Below are positions 18,878 to 28,995 of a DNA stretch of 64,000 nucleotides, one piece after another (within the stretch, counting starts at the first letter, position 1; the number at the start of each line of letters is the position of its first letter). The stretch is from Candidatus Binatia bacterium (GTDB taxonomy: Bacteria > Desulfobacterota > Binatia > Bin18): the NCBI GenBank assembly GCA_963666315.2, contig CAXXHG010000043.1:1-64000 (forward strand), written 5' to 3'. The position numbers and the translations under genes were made by a program. The notes beneath the pieces were generated by a model. The model ran no database searches. It saw only the letters and a list, made by a program, of their open reading frames with translations, and had not been told where the DNA came from.

Positions 18878-21010
18878 ATGAATCTCAAACGCGCCCTTAT
18901 TCTCACCCCGCTCGTACTGATTGCGTTTTTGCTGCAGTCGTACTTCTGGGTTCCTAGCTATGAGAAGCAATCTGTGGGCAATCCTGCCCGGCTCCAAACG
19001 TATATCGAGGGCTCTATTGCGGATGCCAAGATTCTCAATCCCATCCTGAACGCGGATGGAGCAAGCAGCCATATCGTCGATTTTGTTTTTGATGGGCTGC
19101 TCGACATGGACGAGAACCTCAATTTACGCGGGCGGCTGGCCACAGATTGGACCATCACAGAAAAAGCCTATCTGCTCGCCCGTCCGCAGTTCGCATTACC
19201 GGATAGCAGCCTTGCTACTGGGACACGGCTGATTGAGCTCGTCTCTCTTGCCCGGGCCGATGGCCGCTTGTCCGCACTTGACAGCATGCTCCTTTCGACT
19301 CGACTGCTCCCCGCCGGGGAAAAAACCGAGACCATCACGTTGCTTGAACCAGATGAGCAGGGACGACCAAAACCAACAGCGATTGAAGTCACGATTCGTA
19401 TTCCTCAGCGCATTGAGTTCACGTTAAACACGGTCGATCAAGATCTATTTAAGCGTCTTACCCCACTCCTTGGCAGAGCCTATTTCCAGGACTTCCCATA
19501 CACCGATCACTTCGTAGTGGCAGGCCCTGATTCGCTTGAAAAAGTCCAGCCACAATTCCCGGCGCTGTTACCTGTGGCAGAGCATAACCCGATTATTCTC
19601 TTTCATCTGCGGCCGGACGTGCGCTTCCATGACGGTCATCCGTTTGACGCAGGCGATGTCAAATTCACCTATGAGGCCATCATGAACCCGCGCAATATTT
19701 CGCCACGCACCTCCGACTATGAGCCCATTAAGAGCGTTGAGATCCTCGATCCTTACACCGTCCAGGTTACGTATAAGCGCCTGTATTCACCTGCCATTAA
19801 CGCCTGGACCATGGGCATCTTGCCCGAGCATTTGCTGAATGCCCAAGTCCTTGAAGAAGAAATGAATGCACGCGGGCTTTCAGACGCCACGCGCGCGAAC
19901 TTTGGCATGCGGGACAGCGATTTTAATCGTCATCCGATCGGTGCCGGCCCGTTCCGTTTTGTCGAATGGCAAGGGGACGAATTTATCCATCTCAACCGGA
20001 ATGAAGACTATTGGGAACGTATCCCTGAATATGAGAACTATTATTTTCGTGTCATCCCCGAGCTCCTAACCCAGGAGATTGAGTTTAAGAGTGGAGCCAT
20101 CGACTCGTATGGAGTCCAGCCGCACCAAGTCGCCCGCTACAAGCAGGATACCTCGTACCAGTCTTTTTCTAGCTCGGGCTTTGGCTATTCGTATATTGGT
20201 TACAACAATCGCAATCCCTTATTTTCAGATAAACGCGTCCGTCGCGCTCTTGGCATGGCCATTAATGTAGACGAAATCATCACCTATCTCTTATACGGAG
20301 AAGGCGAACAAATTACGGGCCCATATCCCCGCCAAACCGAGTGGTATGACTCCGCTATCAAGCCTCTTTCATATGACCCGGATGGGGCACAACGGCTGCT
20401 CAAAGAAGTTGGCTGGCAGCGCAATAACGACGGCTGGTTGGAGAAAGATGGACAGCTTTTTGAGTTCAACCTGACCACGAACAACGGCAATCTCATCCGT
20501 TCCAATATTATGACTATTGCCCAGGACGCGTGGAAAAAGATTGGGGTAAGATGTAATACCCAGGTCTTTGAGTGGGCCGTCTTTCTCAAGGATTTTATCA
20601 ATACGGGCTCGTTTGATGCCGTTGTTTTAGGCTGGAGTATGGGTATTGATCCGGACCTGTATCAAATCTTCCATTCCAGTCAGGCAGGACCACAGCAGCT
20701 GAATTTTGTAGGCTATACCAGCCCGGAAGCGGATGACCTGATCGTGCGTATTCGCGAAGAATATGATCACGACCGGCAGCGTGCCTTAGCCCACCGCCTG
20801 CATCGCGTCATTGCCGAAGACCAGCCCTACACTTTTCTGTATGTTGGGCTGGCAACACGGGTATTGGACAAGAAGATCGTACTTGTAGAAAAGGAGCCAG
20901 ATGGCGACGAACGATACGAAAAAATTTATCCGACCAAGAGCGGCAGTATTTCCTTCTACTTCAACAAATGGCGCAAACTCGACAGATTGGAACTGACACC
21001 AGACTTCTAA
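18878..21010 (+). CDS. Peptide/nickel ABC transporter substrate-binding protein (family 5) with large insertion
   Basis: LNPIL, FHLRPDVRFHDG..FDAGDVKFT, PIGAGPF, VRRAL..AIN; N-terminal TM anchor. Confidence 0.88.
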   Translation: MNLKRALILTPLVLIAFLLQSYFWVPSYEKQSVGNPARLQTYIEGSIADAKILNPILNADGASSHIVDFVFDGLLDMDENLNLRGRLATDWTITEKAYLLARPQFALPDSSLATGTRLIELVSLARADGRLSALDSMLLSTRLLPAGEKTETITLLEPDEQGRPKPTAIEVTIRIPQRIEFTLNTVDQDLFKRLTPLLGRAYFQDFPYTDHFVVAGPDSLEKVQPQFPALLPVAEHNPIILFHLRPDVRFHDGHPFDAGDVKFTYEAIMNPRNISPRTSDYEPIKSVEILDPYTVQVTYKRLYSPAINAWTMGILPEHLLNAQVLEEEMNARGLSDATRANFGMRDSDFNRHPIGAGPFRFVEWQGDEFIHLNRNEDYWERIPEYENYYFRVIPELLTQEIEFKSGAIDSYGVQPHQVARYKQDTSYQSFSSSGFGYSYIGYNNRNPLFSDKRVRRALGMAINVDEIITYLLYGEGEQITGPYPRQTEWYDSAIKPLSYDPDGAQRLLKEVGWQRNNDGWLEKDGQLFEFNLTTNNGNLIRSNIMTIAQDAWKKIGVRCNTQVFEWAVFLKDFINTGSFDAVVLGWSMGIDPDLYQIFHSSQAGPQQLNFVGYTSPEADDLIVRIREEYDHDRQRALAHRLHRVIAEDQPYTFLYVGLATRVLDKKIVLVEKEPDGDERYEKIYPTKSGSISFYFNKWRKLDRLELTPDF

Positions 21011-21041
21011 TACGCCTGACTGCAACCGGCCTATAAGACTC

Positions 21042-22004
21042 ATGTGGACTTTTCTTTTTCGTGCAATCCTTCAGCGCCTTGTCTTATTAGTGCTAATTTC
21101 AATGATCGCCTTCTCCATTGTCCACCTCGCCCCCGGAGAACCGAGTGAAGTTGACCCCAACAACCCGCGTATGAAGCCTGAGGATATCGCCCGTATCCGT
21201 GCGGCCTTTCACTTAGACGAACCGCTCTATTTGCAGTACACCTATTGGCTGCGCGACCTCGCGACGGGGGAGCTCAAATCCTTCAAGGATAGCCAACCCG
21301 TTCTCCCTAAGATCTGGCAACGTTTTCTCAATTCTCTGCCACTCTTTATCTGTGCCACATTAATCGTCTGGAGCTTATCCTTTCCGACGGGTATTCAAGC
21401 CGCGATCCAACGTGGATCTCCTTTTGACCGCACAACCACGTTTGTTGCCTACGCCCTGATCTCCATTCCTGGGTTTTTCCTTTCCTATCTTGCCATTCAA
21501 TGGGTCGTAGATGTATTCAACGTGCCCGTTATTGGTATGCGCACCTTTGGCATGGAAAACGCACAGCCAGTCTTTCGCTGGATGGACCGACTGTGGCATC
21601 TTGTCGTTCCCTCCTTGATGTCGGCGATTGCCGGTATTGCCATCCTGTCGCGCTATGTCCGCTCCCAAATGCTCGAAGTCGTGCGCCAAGACTATGTCCG
21701 CACTGCCCGCGCAAAGGGCTTACCGGAAGATGCCGTGATCTACCGGCATGCTCTCCGCAATGCATTATTGCCGTTCGTTACGATGTTCGGATTTTTACTG
21801 CCTGGATTGATTGGCGGGTCAGTGATCTTTGAACAGATCTTCGCCTGGCCAGGATTAGGACGGCTCGGCTACGAAGCGATTCTGGCCCGCGATTTCCCCG
21901 TCATTCTGACAATCAACTTTGTGGCCGCAACGCTGACACTGGTCGGCACTTTGTTTTCAGACATTCTGTATGCGGTTGTCGATCCTCGGATTCGGTTGCA
22001 ATAA
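21042..22004 (+). CDS. Peptide ABC transporter permease (OppB/DppB-like)
   Basis: LAPG, RSQMLEV..QDYVRTARAKGL, DPRI. Confidence 0.93.
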   Translation: MWTFLFRAILQRLVLLVLISMIAFSIVHLAPGEPSEVDPNNPRMKPEDIARIRAAFHLDEPLYLQYTYWLRDLATGELKSFKDSQPVLPKIWQRFLNSLPLFICATLIVWSLSFPTGIQAAIQRGSPFDRTTTFVAYALISIPGFFLSYLAIQWVVDVFNVPVIGMRTFGMENAQPVFRWMDRLWHLVVPSLMSAIAGIAILSRYVRSQMLEVVRQDYVRTARAKGLPEDAVIYRHALRNALLPFVTMFGFLLPGLIGGSVIFEQIFAWPGLGRLGYEAILARDFPVILTINFVAATLTLVGTLFSDILYAVVDPRIRLQ

Positions 22005-22006
22005 GC

Positions 22007-22984
22007 ATGGCTGAACTCATTCATACGGCTACTTTCACAGCAGAGACCGAACAGCCAAAACCGGAAACACCGCTCCGGGAGGCATGGCGGATCTTTCAGA
22101 AAGATCGGCTGGCCCTCAGCGGTTTGGTCGTCCTGGGACTCCTTGTGGCCATGGCCGTTGCAGGAAAAGTATTGACTGAATGGATTATTATTTTCGATCC
22201 GGCAACGGTACGCCTCCCGGATAAATTTCTGCCACCTTTTTCTGCGGTGTCTGCAGATCTCATTCCTGCCCTGAACCACCCCCTCTTCGGCATCTATCTG
22301 CTCGGCACGGACGAATTGGGCCGGGACGTGTTTGCGCGGATGCTGCAGGGATCGTTTGTGTCGTTATCGATTGGATTTATTGCCGTTGGTATTTCAGTCA
22401 CGATTGGGATTATCCTGGGTGGCTTGTCCGGCTTCTATGGCAGTGTCAAGCTCGGCTTTATCTCGGTCGATACGCTCATCATGCGGTTTACCGACATTAT
22501 GCTGTGCTTTCCGACGTTCTTTCTTATTCTGACTGTCGTCGCGTTGCTTCCCCCCAGCATCTACAACATCATGATTGTGATCGGTCTGACCAGCTGGATG
22601 GCGACTGCACGTTTTGTACGCGCCGAGTTCTTAGCACTGCGCGAGCAGGACTTTGTGGTTGCCGCGCTAGCCCTAGGCTTGCCCGAGAGCCGCATCATCT
22701 TTCGGCATATGGTCCCCAACGCCATTGCTCCGGTGTTAGTCTCGGCCACCATCGGGGTGGCCGGTGCCATCCTGACCGAGTCCGGCCTCAGCTTCTTAGG
22801 CTTTGGTGTTCAGCCGCCTGATGCCACCTGGGGTAATATCCTCGCCAACGGGAGGGGCTTCATATTCGATGCTCCCTGGTTATTTTTCATCCCAGGAGTT
22901 GCAATTTTTGTTGTCGTGCTGGCGTTTAACCTTGTCGGCGAGGGCCTGCGCGAGGCCCTGAATCCTCGACTTCGGAATCGGTAA
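22007..22984 (+). CDS. Peptide ABC transporter permease (OppC/DppC-like)
   Basis: LGTDELGRD, ESGLSFLGFG.QPP..TWG, GEGLREALNP. Confidence 0.93.
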   Translation: MAELIHTATFTAETEQPKPETPLREAWRIFQKDRLALSGLVVLGLLVAMAVAGKVLTEWIIIFDPATVRLPDKFLPPFSAVSADLIPALNHPLFGIYLLGTDELGRDVFARMLQGSFVSLSIGFIAVGISVTIGIILGGLSGFYGSVKLGFISVDTLIMRFTDIMLCFPTFFLILTVVALLPPSIYNIMIVIGLTSWMATARFVRAEFLALREQDFVVAALALGLPESRIIFRHMVPNAIAPVLVSATIGVAGAILTESGLSFLGFGVQPPDATWGNILANGRGFIFDAPWLFFIPGVAIFVVVLAFNLVGEGLREALNPRLRNR

Positions 22985-23968
22985 ATGGCGAATCCGCTCC
23001 TCAGCATCAACAACCTGCATGTCTCGTTTTTCACCGACAAAGGCGAAGTCAAAGCCGTCCGTGGCATCGATCTAGAGATTCAAGCGGGCCGGACGCTGGC
23101 TTTGGTTGGCGAGTCGGGCTGTGGCAAATCCGTTAGCGCACTTTCGATCATGCGCCTTATTGAGTCCCCAGGTCGCATTGTACAGGGGAGTATTGCGTAT
23201 CAAGGTCGAGACCTCGCCGCGTCGTCTGAAGCAGAGTTACAATCTGTTCGTGGAAAATCCATTAGTATGATTTTCCAAGAGCCCATGACTTCGCTAAATC
23301 CAGTCTTTACGATAGGCAATCAGATCGGTGAAGTGCTCCAGCTGCATCAGGGTCTTGCTGAGCGTGAGGCGCATCAGGAAGTGCTACGCCTGCTTGAAAC
23401 CGTAGGTATCGCGTCGCCTACTCAACGGCTCGAACAATATCCGCACGAACTTTCAGGCGGGATGAAACAGCGCGTGATGATCGCCATGGCGTTGGCCTGT
23501 CGTCCAGATTTATTAATCGCGGATGAGCCGACCACCGCCCTTGATGTGACCATACAAGCCCAGATCCTCGACCTCCTGAAACGACTTCAGGACGAGATGG
23601 GCATGGCCATTCTGCTCATTACTCATAACCTCGGCGTTGTGGCCCAGTTCGCCCAGGATGTCGCAGTCATGTATGCGGGAAAAATCGTTGAACACACCGA
23701 TGTGCAGACGCTCTTCCGGAATCCTCTGCACCCCTACACCAACGCCTTGCTCCGGGCCTTGCCGCGTCGGGGCCATCGGACTGAGCGGCTGGCCGCGATC
23801 AAGGGCAGCGTCCCCTCGCCGCTGCAGTATCCCCCCGGCTGTGCCTTTTCTGCACGCTGCCCGGATACGCTCGATTTCTGCGCTGAGAAACAACCGAGCT
23901 TGATTACAGTTGGGCCTCAACACGAAGCAGCATGCTGGTTGCACGAGAAAACAGGGGCTGGGGTTTAG
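22985..23968 (+). CDS. Peptide ABC transporter ATPase (OppD/DppD-like)
   Basis: [30 protein letters not shown]-terminal Cys cluster. Confidence 0.95.
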   Translation: MANPLLSINNLHVSFFTDKGEVKAVRGIDLEIQAGRTLALVGESGCGKSVSALSIMRLIESPGRIVQGSIAYQGRDLAASSEAELQSVRGKSISMIFQEPMTSLNPVFTIGNQIGEVLQLHQGLAEREAHQEVLRLLETVGIASPTQRLEQYPHELSGGMKQRVMIAMALACRPDLLIADEPTTALDVTIQAQILDLLKRLQDEMGMAILLITHNLGVVAQFAQDVAVMYAGKIVEHTDVQTLFRNPLHPYTNALLRALPRRGHRTERLAAIKGSVPSPLQYPPGCAFSARCPDTLDFCAEKQPSLITVGPQHEAACWLHEKTGAGV

Positions 23969-24010
23969 AGACTAGGAATTGGCCCGTAGAAATTCTGAGG
24001 AATATGAGAG

Positions 24011-25021
24011 ATGGCAGCGCATTCAGACACCCGACCTCCATTACTAGAGATCCGCAATCTCAAAAAATATTACCCCGTCCGCAACGGCGTCTTCTCCCGC
24101 ATCTCGGCCTGGGTCAAAGCGGTCGATGACGTGTCGTTTGTCATTCAGCCCCAAGAGACGTTTGGTCTGGTAGGAGAGTCAGGCTGCGGTAAGACAACGG
24201 TGGGCAGAACGCTGCTGCGTTTGATCGAACCAACTGCGGGAGAGGTATTTTTTAACGGTCAGGATTTTTGTCAGCTCAACGCAGCCCAAGTCCGCGCCCT
24301 CCGCCGGCGGATGCAGATGATTTTCCAAGATCCCTATAGCTCGCTGAATCCGCGTATGACAGTCGGTGCGATTATTGGGGAAGCGCTCAAAGTACACGAT
24401 CTCGCTCAGGGAGACGAGCTCGTTCAACAGGTCAACACCCTCTTAGAGCGCGTAGGGCTGTCGCCGACATACTACTCACGCTACCCACACGAATTCTCAG
24501 GCGGACAGCGCCAGCGTATTGGTATTGCGCGGGCGTTGGCCCTGAGTCCGCAGTTTATTGTATGTGACGAGCCGGTTTCTGCCCTTGATGTTTCTATCCA
24601 GGCTCAGATCCTCAACCTGCTCCAGGATCTGCAACAAGACCTGGGACTGTCCTATTTATTTATCTCGCACGATCTGAATGTGGTGGAGCATATCGCCGAC
24701 CGGGTGGCCGTCATGTATCTCGGCAAGTTGGTTGAAGTGGCTCCGGTTGACGAGCTGTTTCGCAACCCTCAGCATCCCTACACGCTGGCGCTGATGTCCG
24801 CCAATCCCATCCCCGATCCCACCATACGGACCGAGCGCACGGTGCTGACCGGCGATGTACCCTCAGCCCTGAATCCCCCAGCCGGCTGTCCGTTCCATAC
24901 GCGCTGTCCGCGTGCGATGGAGCATTGCAAAACCACGCCCCCACCCCGTGTCCGAAACGGGCAAGGCAAAGACGAACATCTGGTGTGGTGTCACTTATAC
25001 GGAGAGGCCGCAGCCGAGTAG
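24011..25021 (+). CDS. Peptide ABC transporter ATPase (OppF/DppF-like)
   Basis: [38 protein letters not shown]. Confidence 0.95.
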   Translation: MAAHSDTRPPLLEIRNLKKYYPVRNGVFSRISAWVKAVDDVSFVIQPQETFGLVGESGCGKTTVGRTLLRLIEPTAGEVFFNGQDFCQLNAAQVRALRRRMQMIFQDPYSSLNPRMTVGAIIGEALKVHDLAQGDELVQQVNTLLERVGLSPTYYSRYPHEFSGGQRQRIGIARALALSPQFIVCDEPVSALDVSIQAQILNLLQDLQQDLGLSYLFISHDLNVVEHIADRVAVMYLGKLVEVAPVDELFRNPQHPYTLALMSANPIPDPTIRTERTVLTGDVPSALNPPAGCPFHTRCPRAMEHCKTTPPPRVRNGQGKDEHLVWCHLYGEAAAE

Positions 25022-25103
25022 TGTATTGCCGGCTGACACTCCGTTCACCTGATCTCTGGTCTGCGCATGATGCGCGTCATGTGCATGATGCGCATCAGGG
25101 GAA

Positions 25104-25721
25104 TTACTTCCCTTTCTTTTCTTCTGTCGTCGACTCCGGATTGCGACGGGTGACGACTTCGTCGATGACACCGTAATCCAGCGCCTGCTTTGCAGACAGA
25201 AACATATCGCGATCCGTGTCTTTTTCGAGTCTTTTGATCGTCTGCCCAGTATGTTGGGCAAGGATGCCGTTCAATTCTTCCCGGATACGCAGTACTTCCC
25301 TGGCATGGATATCGATGTCGGTCGCTTGCCCCTGCACGCCGCCGAGCGGTTGATGCAGCAAGATACGGGAGTGCGGCAGCGCAAATCGCTTGTCTTTCGC
25401 TCCTGCGGCCAGAAGAATCGCGCCCATGCTCGCGGCTTGGCCCATGCATAATGTGGACACATCAGGCTTGACGTATTGCATCGTGTCATAAATCGCCAGC
25501 CCAGCGGTGACGGACCCACCTGGGGAGTTGATGTAGAGGTGGACATCTTTGTCCGGGTCTTCGGATTCAAGGAAAAGGAGTTGGGCTGCAATCACGTCCG
25601 CAACGATATCGTCGACCTCTGAGCCAAGAAAGACAATGCGGTCTTTGAGCAGCCGGGAGTAAATATCGTAGGATCGTTCACCTCGACCCGTTTGTTCAAT
25701 AACGTAAGGAACAAAATTCAT
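25104..25721 (-). CDS. clpP: ATP-dependent Clp protease proteolytic subunit
   Basis: [25 protein letters not shown] (catalytic Ser), HQP, DRD. Confidence 0.97.
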   Translation of the reverse strand: MNFVPYVIEQTGRGERSYDIYSRLLKDRIVFLGSEVDDIVADVIAAQLLFLESEDPDKDVHLYINSPGGSVTAGLAIYDTMQYVKPDVSTLCMGQAASMGAILLAAGAKDKRFALPHSRILLHQPLGGVQGQATDIDIHAREVLRIREELNGILAQHTGQTIKRLEKDTDRDMFLSAKQALDYGVIDEVVTRRNPESTTEEKKGK

Positions 25722-25750
25722 AATACACTCATCCTAATCGTTTGTTTTTA

Positions 25751-26698
25751 TCAGAGCGTCTTCACTGAGCCGGTCCATTCCTTGGTGCGTATATACCGAA
25801 TCGCTGCAAGGGCGGCAGTGGCGCCATCGCCCGCCGCAGACACCAGTTGCCGCGAGGAATCCCCACGAACATCCCCGGCTGCCAGAATGCCCAGCAGCGA
25901 CGTACGCATCCACAGATCAGTAACAATCTGCCCCATCTCATTGAGAGACACAAGGTCACCCAGGAACTGGGTCTTGGCAGTCAGACCGATATAGAGAAAT
26001 ACTCCAGCCACATCCATCGACAAGGATCGTCCGGTGTTCACGTCTTCAATCTGTATCCGCTTGACCCCGTCGTCTCCCTCAATTGCCCGGACAGCCGTAT
26101 TCCAACAAAAGACGATCTTTTCGTTTGCGTGGGCACGTTCTTGCAGCAGCCGACACGCACGCAGGGCATCGCGGCGATGGATAATCGTAACCTGCGACGC
26201 ATACTGGGTCAGGTGCATGCCTTCGTCTAGAGCCGCATCACCGCCCCCAACAACGGCAACCGGTTGATCCATAAAAAACGCGCCGTCGCATGCCGCGCAG
26301 TGAGATACGCCTTTTCCAACAAACTCTTCTTCGCCAGGAATGCCAAGAGTAGCGAAACTCGATCCAGTAGCAATGATGAGCGCTTTGGTTTGAAATTTAC
26401 CGCTGTCGGTGTGAATAGTGATACGCTCGCCGTCCGGTTGTACGGCACTGACCTCGGTGAGTTGCATCTCCAGCCCAAGGCTGGTTGCCTGCTGTTGCAA
26501 CAGCGGCCCAAGCGTGTATCCAGCTACTCCATCCGGAAAACCCGGATAATTCTCTATATGCTCACAATTGAGCACCTGACCCCCAGCAGCAAAGCGTTCG
26601 AGCAGCAGTGCGCGGCAGCGGTCGCGGGCCGCGTATAATCCGGCCGTGAATCCGGCAGCACCACCGCCAATGATGATGATGTCGTACGGTTCTGGCAT
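25751..26698 (-). CDS. trxB: Thioredoxin-disulfide reductase
   Basis: GGGAAG, CAACDG redox motif, GGGDAA NADPH motif, AAGDV. Confidence 0.9.
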   Translation of the reverse strand: MPEPYDIIIIGGGAAGFTAGLYAARDRCRALLLERFAAGGQVLNCEHIENYPGFPDGVAGYTLGPLLQQQATSLGLEMQLTEVSAVQPDGERITIHTDSGKFQTKALIIATGSSFATLGIPGEEEFVGKGVSHCAACDGAFFMDQPVAVVGGGDAALDEGMHLTQYASQVTIIHRRDALRACRLLQERAHANEKIVFCWNTAVRAIEGDDGVKRIQIEDVNTGRSLSMDVAGVFLYIGLTAKTQFLGDLVSLNEMGQIVTDLWMRTSLLGILAAGDVRGDSSRQLVSAAGDGATAALAAIRYIRTKEWTGSVKTL

Positions 26699-26788
26699 AA
26701 AATTCTCCTCTGCTCAGAAAAAACAGGAGGTATCATAGCTGAGCGTGCGGGATTGCTCGACCACGACAAATTTGCCATATGGAAAGGC

Positions 26789-27145
26789 ATGCCGCTATGG
26801 GACCGTTTTCGACGCGCAGTCGCGCATGCCTTTGCCCTTGGTCCCACGTCATCCGAACTCTCTGGGAAGGATAGACATCTTCTTGAAAAAATAGCGGGTA
26901 CGATTATTACGCGCAGACTTGATACGCCAGCAGTCTTGTTGCTTGAATCTAGCGAACCACTTCATTTTCTCAGTGGCCAAGTCATTCAGGGCTTACGGCC
27001 TTTTCTTGACCTGGTGTGTGCTCCACAAGAGATTGAGCGCTTCGTTCATCTTCTGGAGCGAAGAGACGGTATTCAGCAGCTCGTTTGGATCATTCAGGAG
27101 AAGCGAGCGTCACTCATTCTGCAGGCTGACTCCTCTACAGTATGA
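26789..27145 (+). CDS. Conserved hypothetical protein, first gene of GlmL-like operon
   Basis: GGAAAGG SD; LLEKIA..I..RRLDTPAVLLLES..PL pattern; ATGA overlap with next gene. Confidence 0.65.
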   Translation: MPLWDRFRRAVAHAFALGPTSSELSGKDRHLLEKIAGTIITRRLDTPAVLLLESSEPLHFLSGQVIQGLRPFLDLVCAPQEIERFVHLLERRDGIQQLVWIIQEKRASLILQADSSTV

Positions 27146-28965
27146 ATCCCCAAATGGATCCACAAGATCTGCGCGTCATTCTCGCCACGGATTGCGGCAG
27201 CACTACGACCAAAGCCATCCTCATCCAGTTCCGAAACGGCGAGTATCGGCAGACGCACCGGGGTGAGGCCCCGACCACGGTTGAAGCCCCGTTTGAAGAC
27301 GTGACGCGTGGCGTGCTGAATGCCATTCAAGAGGTAGAAGAGTTGTCCGGACGGACCATTTTAGATGGGGAGCACATTCTCACGCCGGCAAATGACTCGA
27401 CTGGAGTCGATATCTATATTTCGACCAGCAGCGCCGGAGGCGGATTACAGATAGTCGTGACAGGTGTCGTGCAGTCCATGTCAGCGGAAAGTGCCCAGCG
27501 CTGCGCGTTGGGGGCCGGAGCCATAGTCATGAACGTTCTGGCAAGCAATGATGGCCGTCCGAGTCATGAAAAAATCGAACGCATCCGCCACCTCCGTCCG
27601 GATATGATCCTATTCGCAGGCGGCACAGACGGCGGGACGGTCTCCCATGTGCTTGAGATCGCCGAGTATATCGCGGCCGCCGATCCCAGGCCTCGCCTCG
27701 GCGTTGGTTACAAACTCCCGGTCATTTATGCCGGCAATGTCGAGGCACGTTCCCAGGTCGAGGAGATTTTGGGAGAGCAAGTCGAACTTTCGATGACCGA
27801 GAATATCCGTCCTGTGCTTGAGCAGGAGAACCTCTTGCCGGCACGACATAAAAGCCATGACCTATTCCTGGAACACGTCATGGCCCAAGCGCCTGGCTAT
27901 AAAAAGCTCATGGCATGGACCGGCGCTCCCATTATTCCGACTCCGGCTGCGGTTGGCAGGCTGATCGAAACCATGGCTCGGCGTGAAGGTTTACATGTGA
28001 TCGGCGTTGATATTGGCGGAGCAACCACAGACGTATTTTCCGTTTTCGACGGCGTTTTTAATCGTACGGTGAGTGCGAACCTCGGCATGAGTTATAGTAT
28101 AGCCAATGTGGTTGTTGAAGCGGGCTTAGAGAGCATCCAACGCTGGCTGCCTTTCACCTGTGGGGAATCCCAGCTCCGCAATCAGATCAAAAACAAGATG
28201 ATTCGACCGACGACTATCCCTCAGACGGTTGAAGATCTTCATATTGAGCAGGCTATTGCCCGCGAAGCCTTGCGCCTCGCACTGGATCAGCACAAACAGT
28301 TGGCCGTGGGATTAAAAGGGGTGCAGCAAGAGCGCTCGGTGTCTGACGCGTTTGAGCAGGTTGCTTCAGGACAGAGTCTGATCGACATGTTTGCCCTCAA
28401 TCTCATTATCGGGAGTGGCGGCATCCTGTCCCACGCGCCACGCCGGGTCCAGGCTATGCAGATGCTTATCGACGCCTATGCGCCGCTCGGCCTGACCCAG
28501 ATCGCCGTAGACAGCATCTTTATGATGCCGCATCTGGGGGTGCTGTCGACTATTCATGAACAGGCGGCCAGCGAGGTCTTCAACAAAGACTGTTTGATTC
28601 CACTCGGTACTTGTATCGCTCCTCATGGTGTTGGGAATCACGGCGAGGCGTGTTTTTCGTATACCCTCCAACTCCCTGATGGAGCAACTCAAGAAGAAGA
28701 ACTCTCGTATGGAAGTCTGCGTCTTATTCCTCTGGCAGCGGACCGGCGGGCTTATATTGAGTTAATCCCAAGCCGAAAGTTTGACTTTGGTGCAGGCCGA
28801 GGGAAGACTCTTGCGGGAACGGTTAGCGGCGGCGAGGTCGGCCTTTTGCTCGATGCTCGTGGTCGTCCGCTTTCTCTCTCCACAGATAAAGCTGTGCGCA
28901 TGCAACAGATCCGGGAGTGGAACAACGCTGTGGATATGTATCCAAAAGAAATAGCTGAGGGCTAA
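27142..28965 (+). CDS. GlmL/MutL (glutamate mutase L)-family actin-fold ATPase with C-terminal extension
   Basis: ASKHA phosphate motifs TDCGSTTTK and VDIGGATTDVFS; SSAGGGL, AGGTDGG, YAGN, PTPAAV, RTVSANLGM, IIGSGGILSH. Confidence 0.88.
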   Translation: MNPQMDPQDLRVILATDCGSTTTKAILIQFRNGEYRQTHRGEAPTTVEAPFEDVTRGVLNAIQEVEELSGRTILDGEHILTPANDSTGVDIYISTSSAGGGLQIVVTGVVQSMSAESAQRCALGAGAIVMNVLASNDGRPSHEKIERIRHLRPDMILFAGGTDGGTVSHVLEIAEYIAAADPRPRLGVGYKLPVIYAGNVEARSQVEEILGEQVELSMTENIRPVLEQENLLPARHKSHDLFLEHVMAQAPGYKKLMAWTGAPIIPTPAAVGRLIETMARREGLHVIGVDIGGATTDVFSVFDGVFNRTVSANLGMSYSIANVVVEAGLESIQRWLPFTCGESQLRNQIKNKMIRPTTIPQTVEDLHIEQAIAREALRLALDQHKQLAVGLKGVQQERSVSDAFEQVASGQSLIDMFALNLIIGSGGILSHAPRRVQAMQMLIDAYAPLGLTQIAVDSIFMMPHLGVLSTIHEQAASEVFNKDCLIPLGTCIAPHGVGNHGEACFSYTLQLPDGATQEEELSYGSLRLIPLAADRRAYIELIPSRKFDFGAGRGKTLAGTVSGGEVGLLLDARGRPLSLSTDKAVRMQQIREWNNAVDMYPKEIAEG

Positions 28966-28995
28966 AAGCCCACAACTGAGATCATTACTGAGATT

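Noticed and set aside
24925-25261. His/Ala-repeat peptides (AHDARHVHDAH)
   Set aside because: Translations of the intergenic palindromic repeat, overlapping real genes.
27142-28965. DNA mismatch repair MutL, or a glutamate mutase operon
   Set aside because: Motifs are actin-fold (ASKHA), not GHKL; no GlmS/GlmE-like subunits are adjacent.
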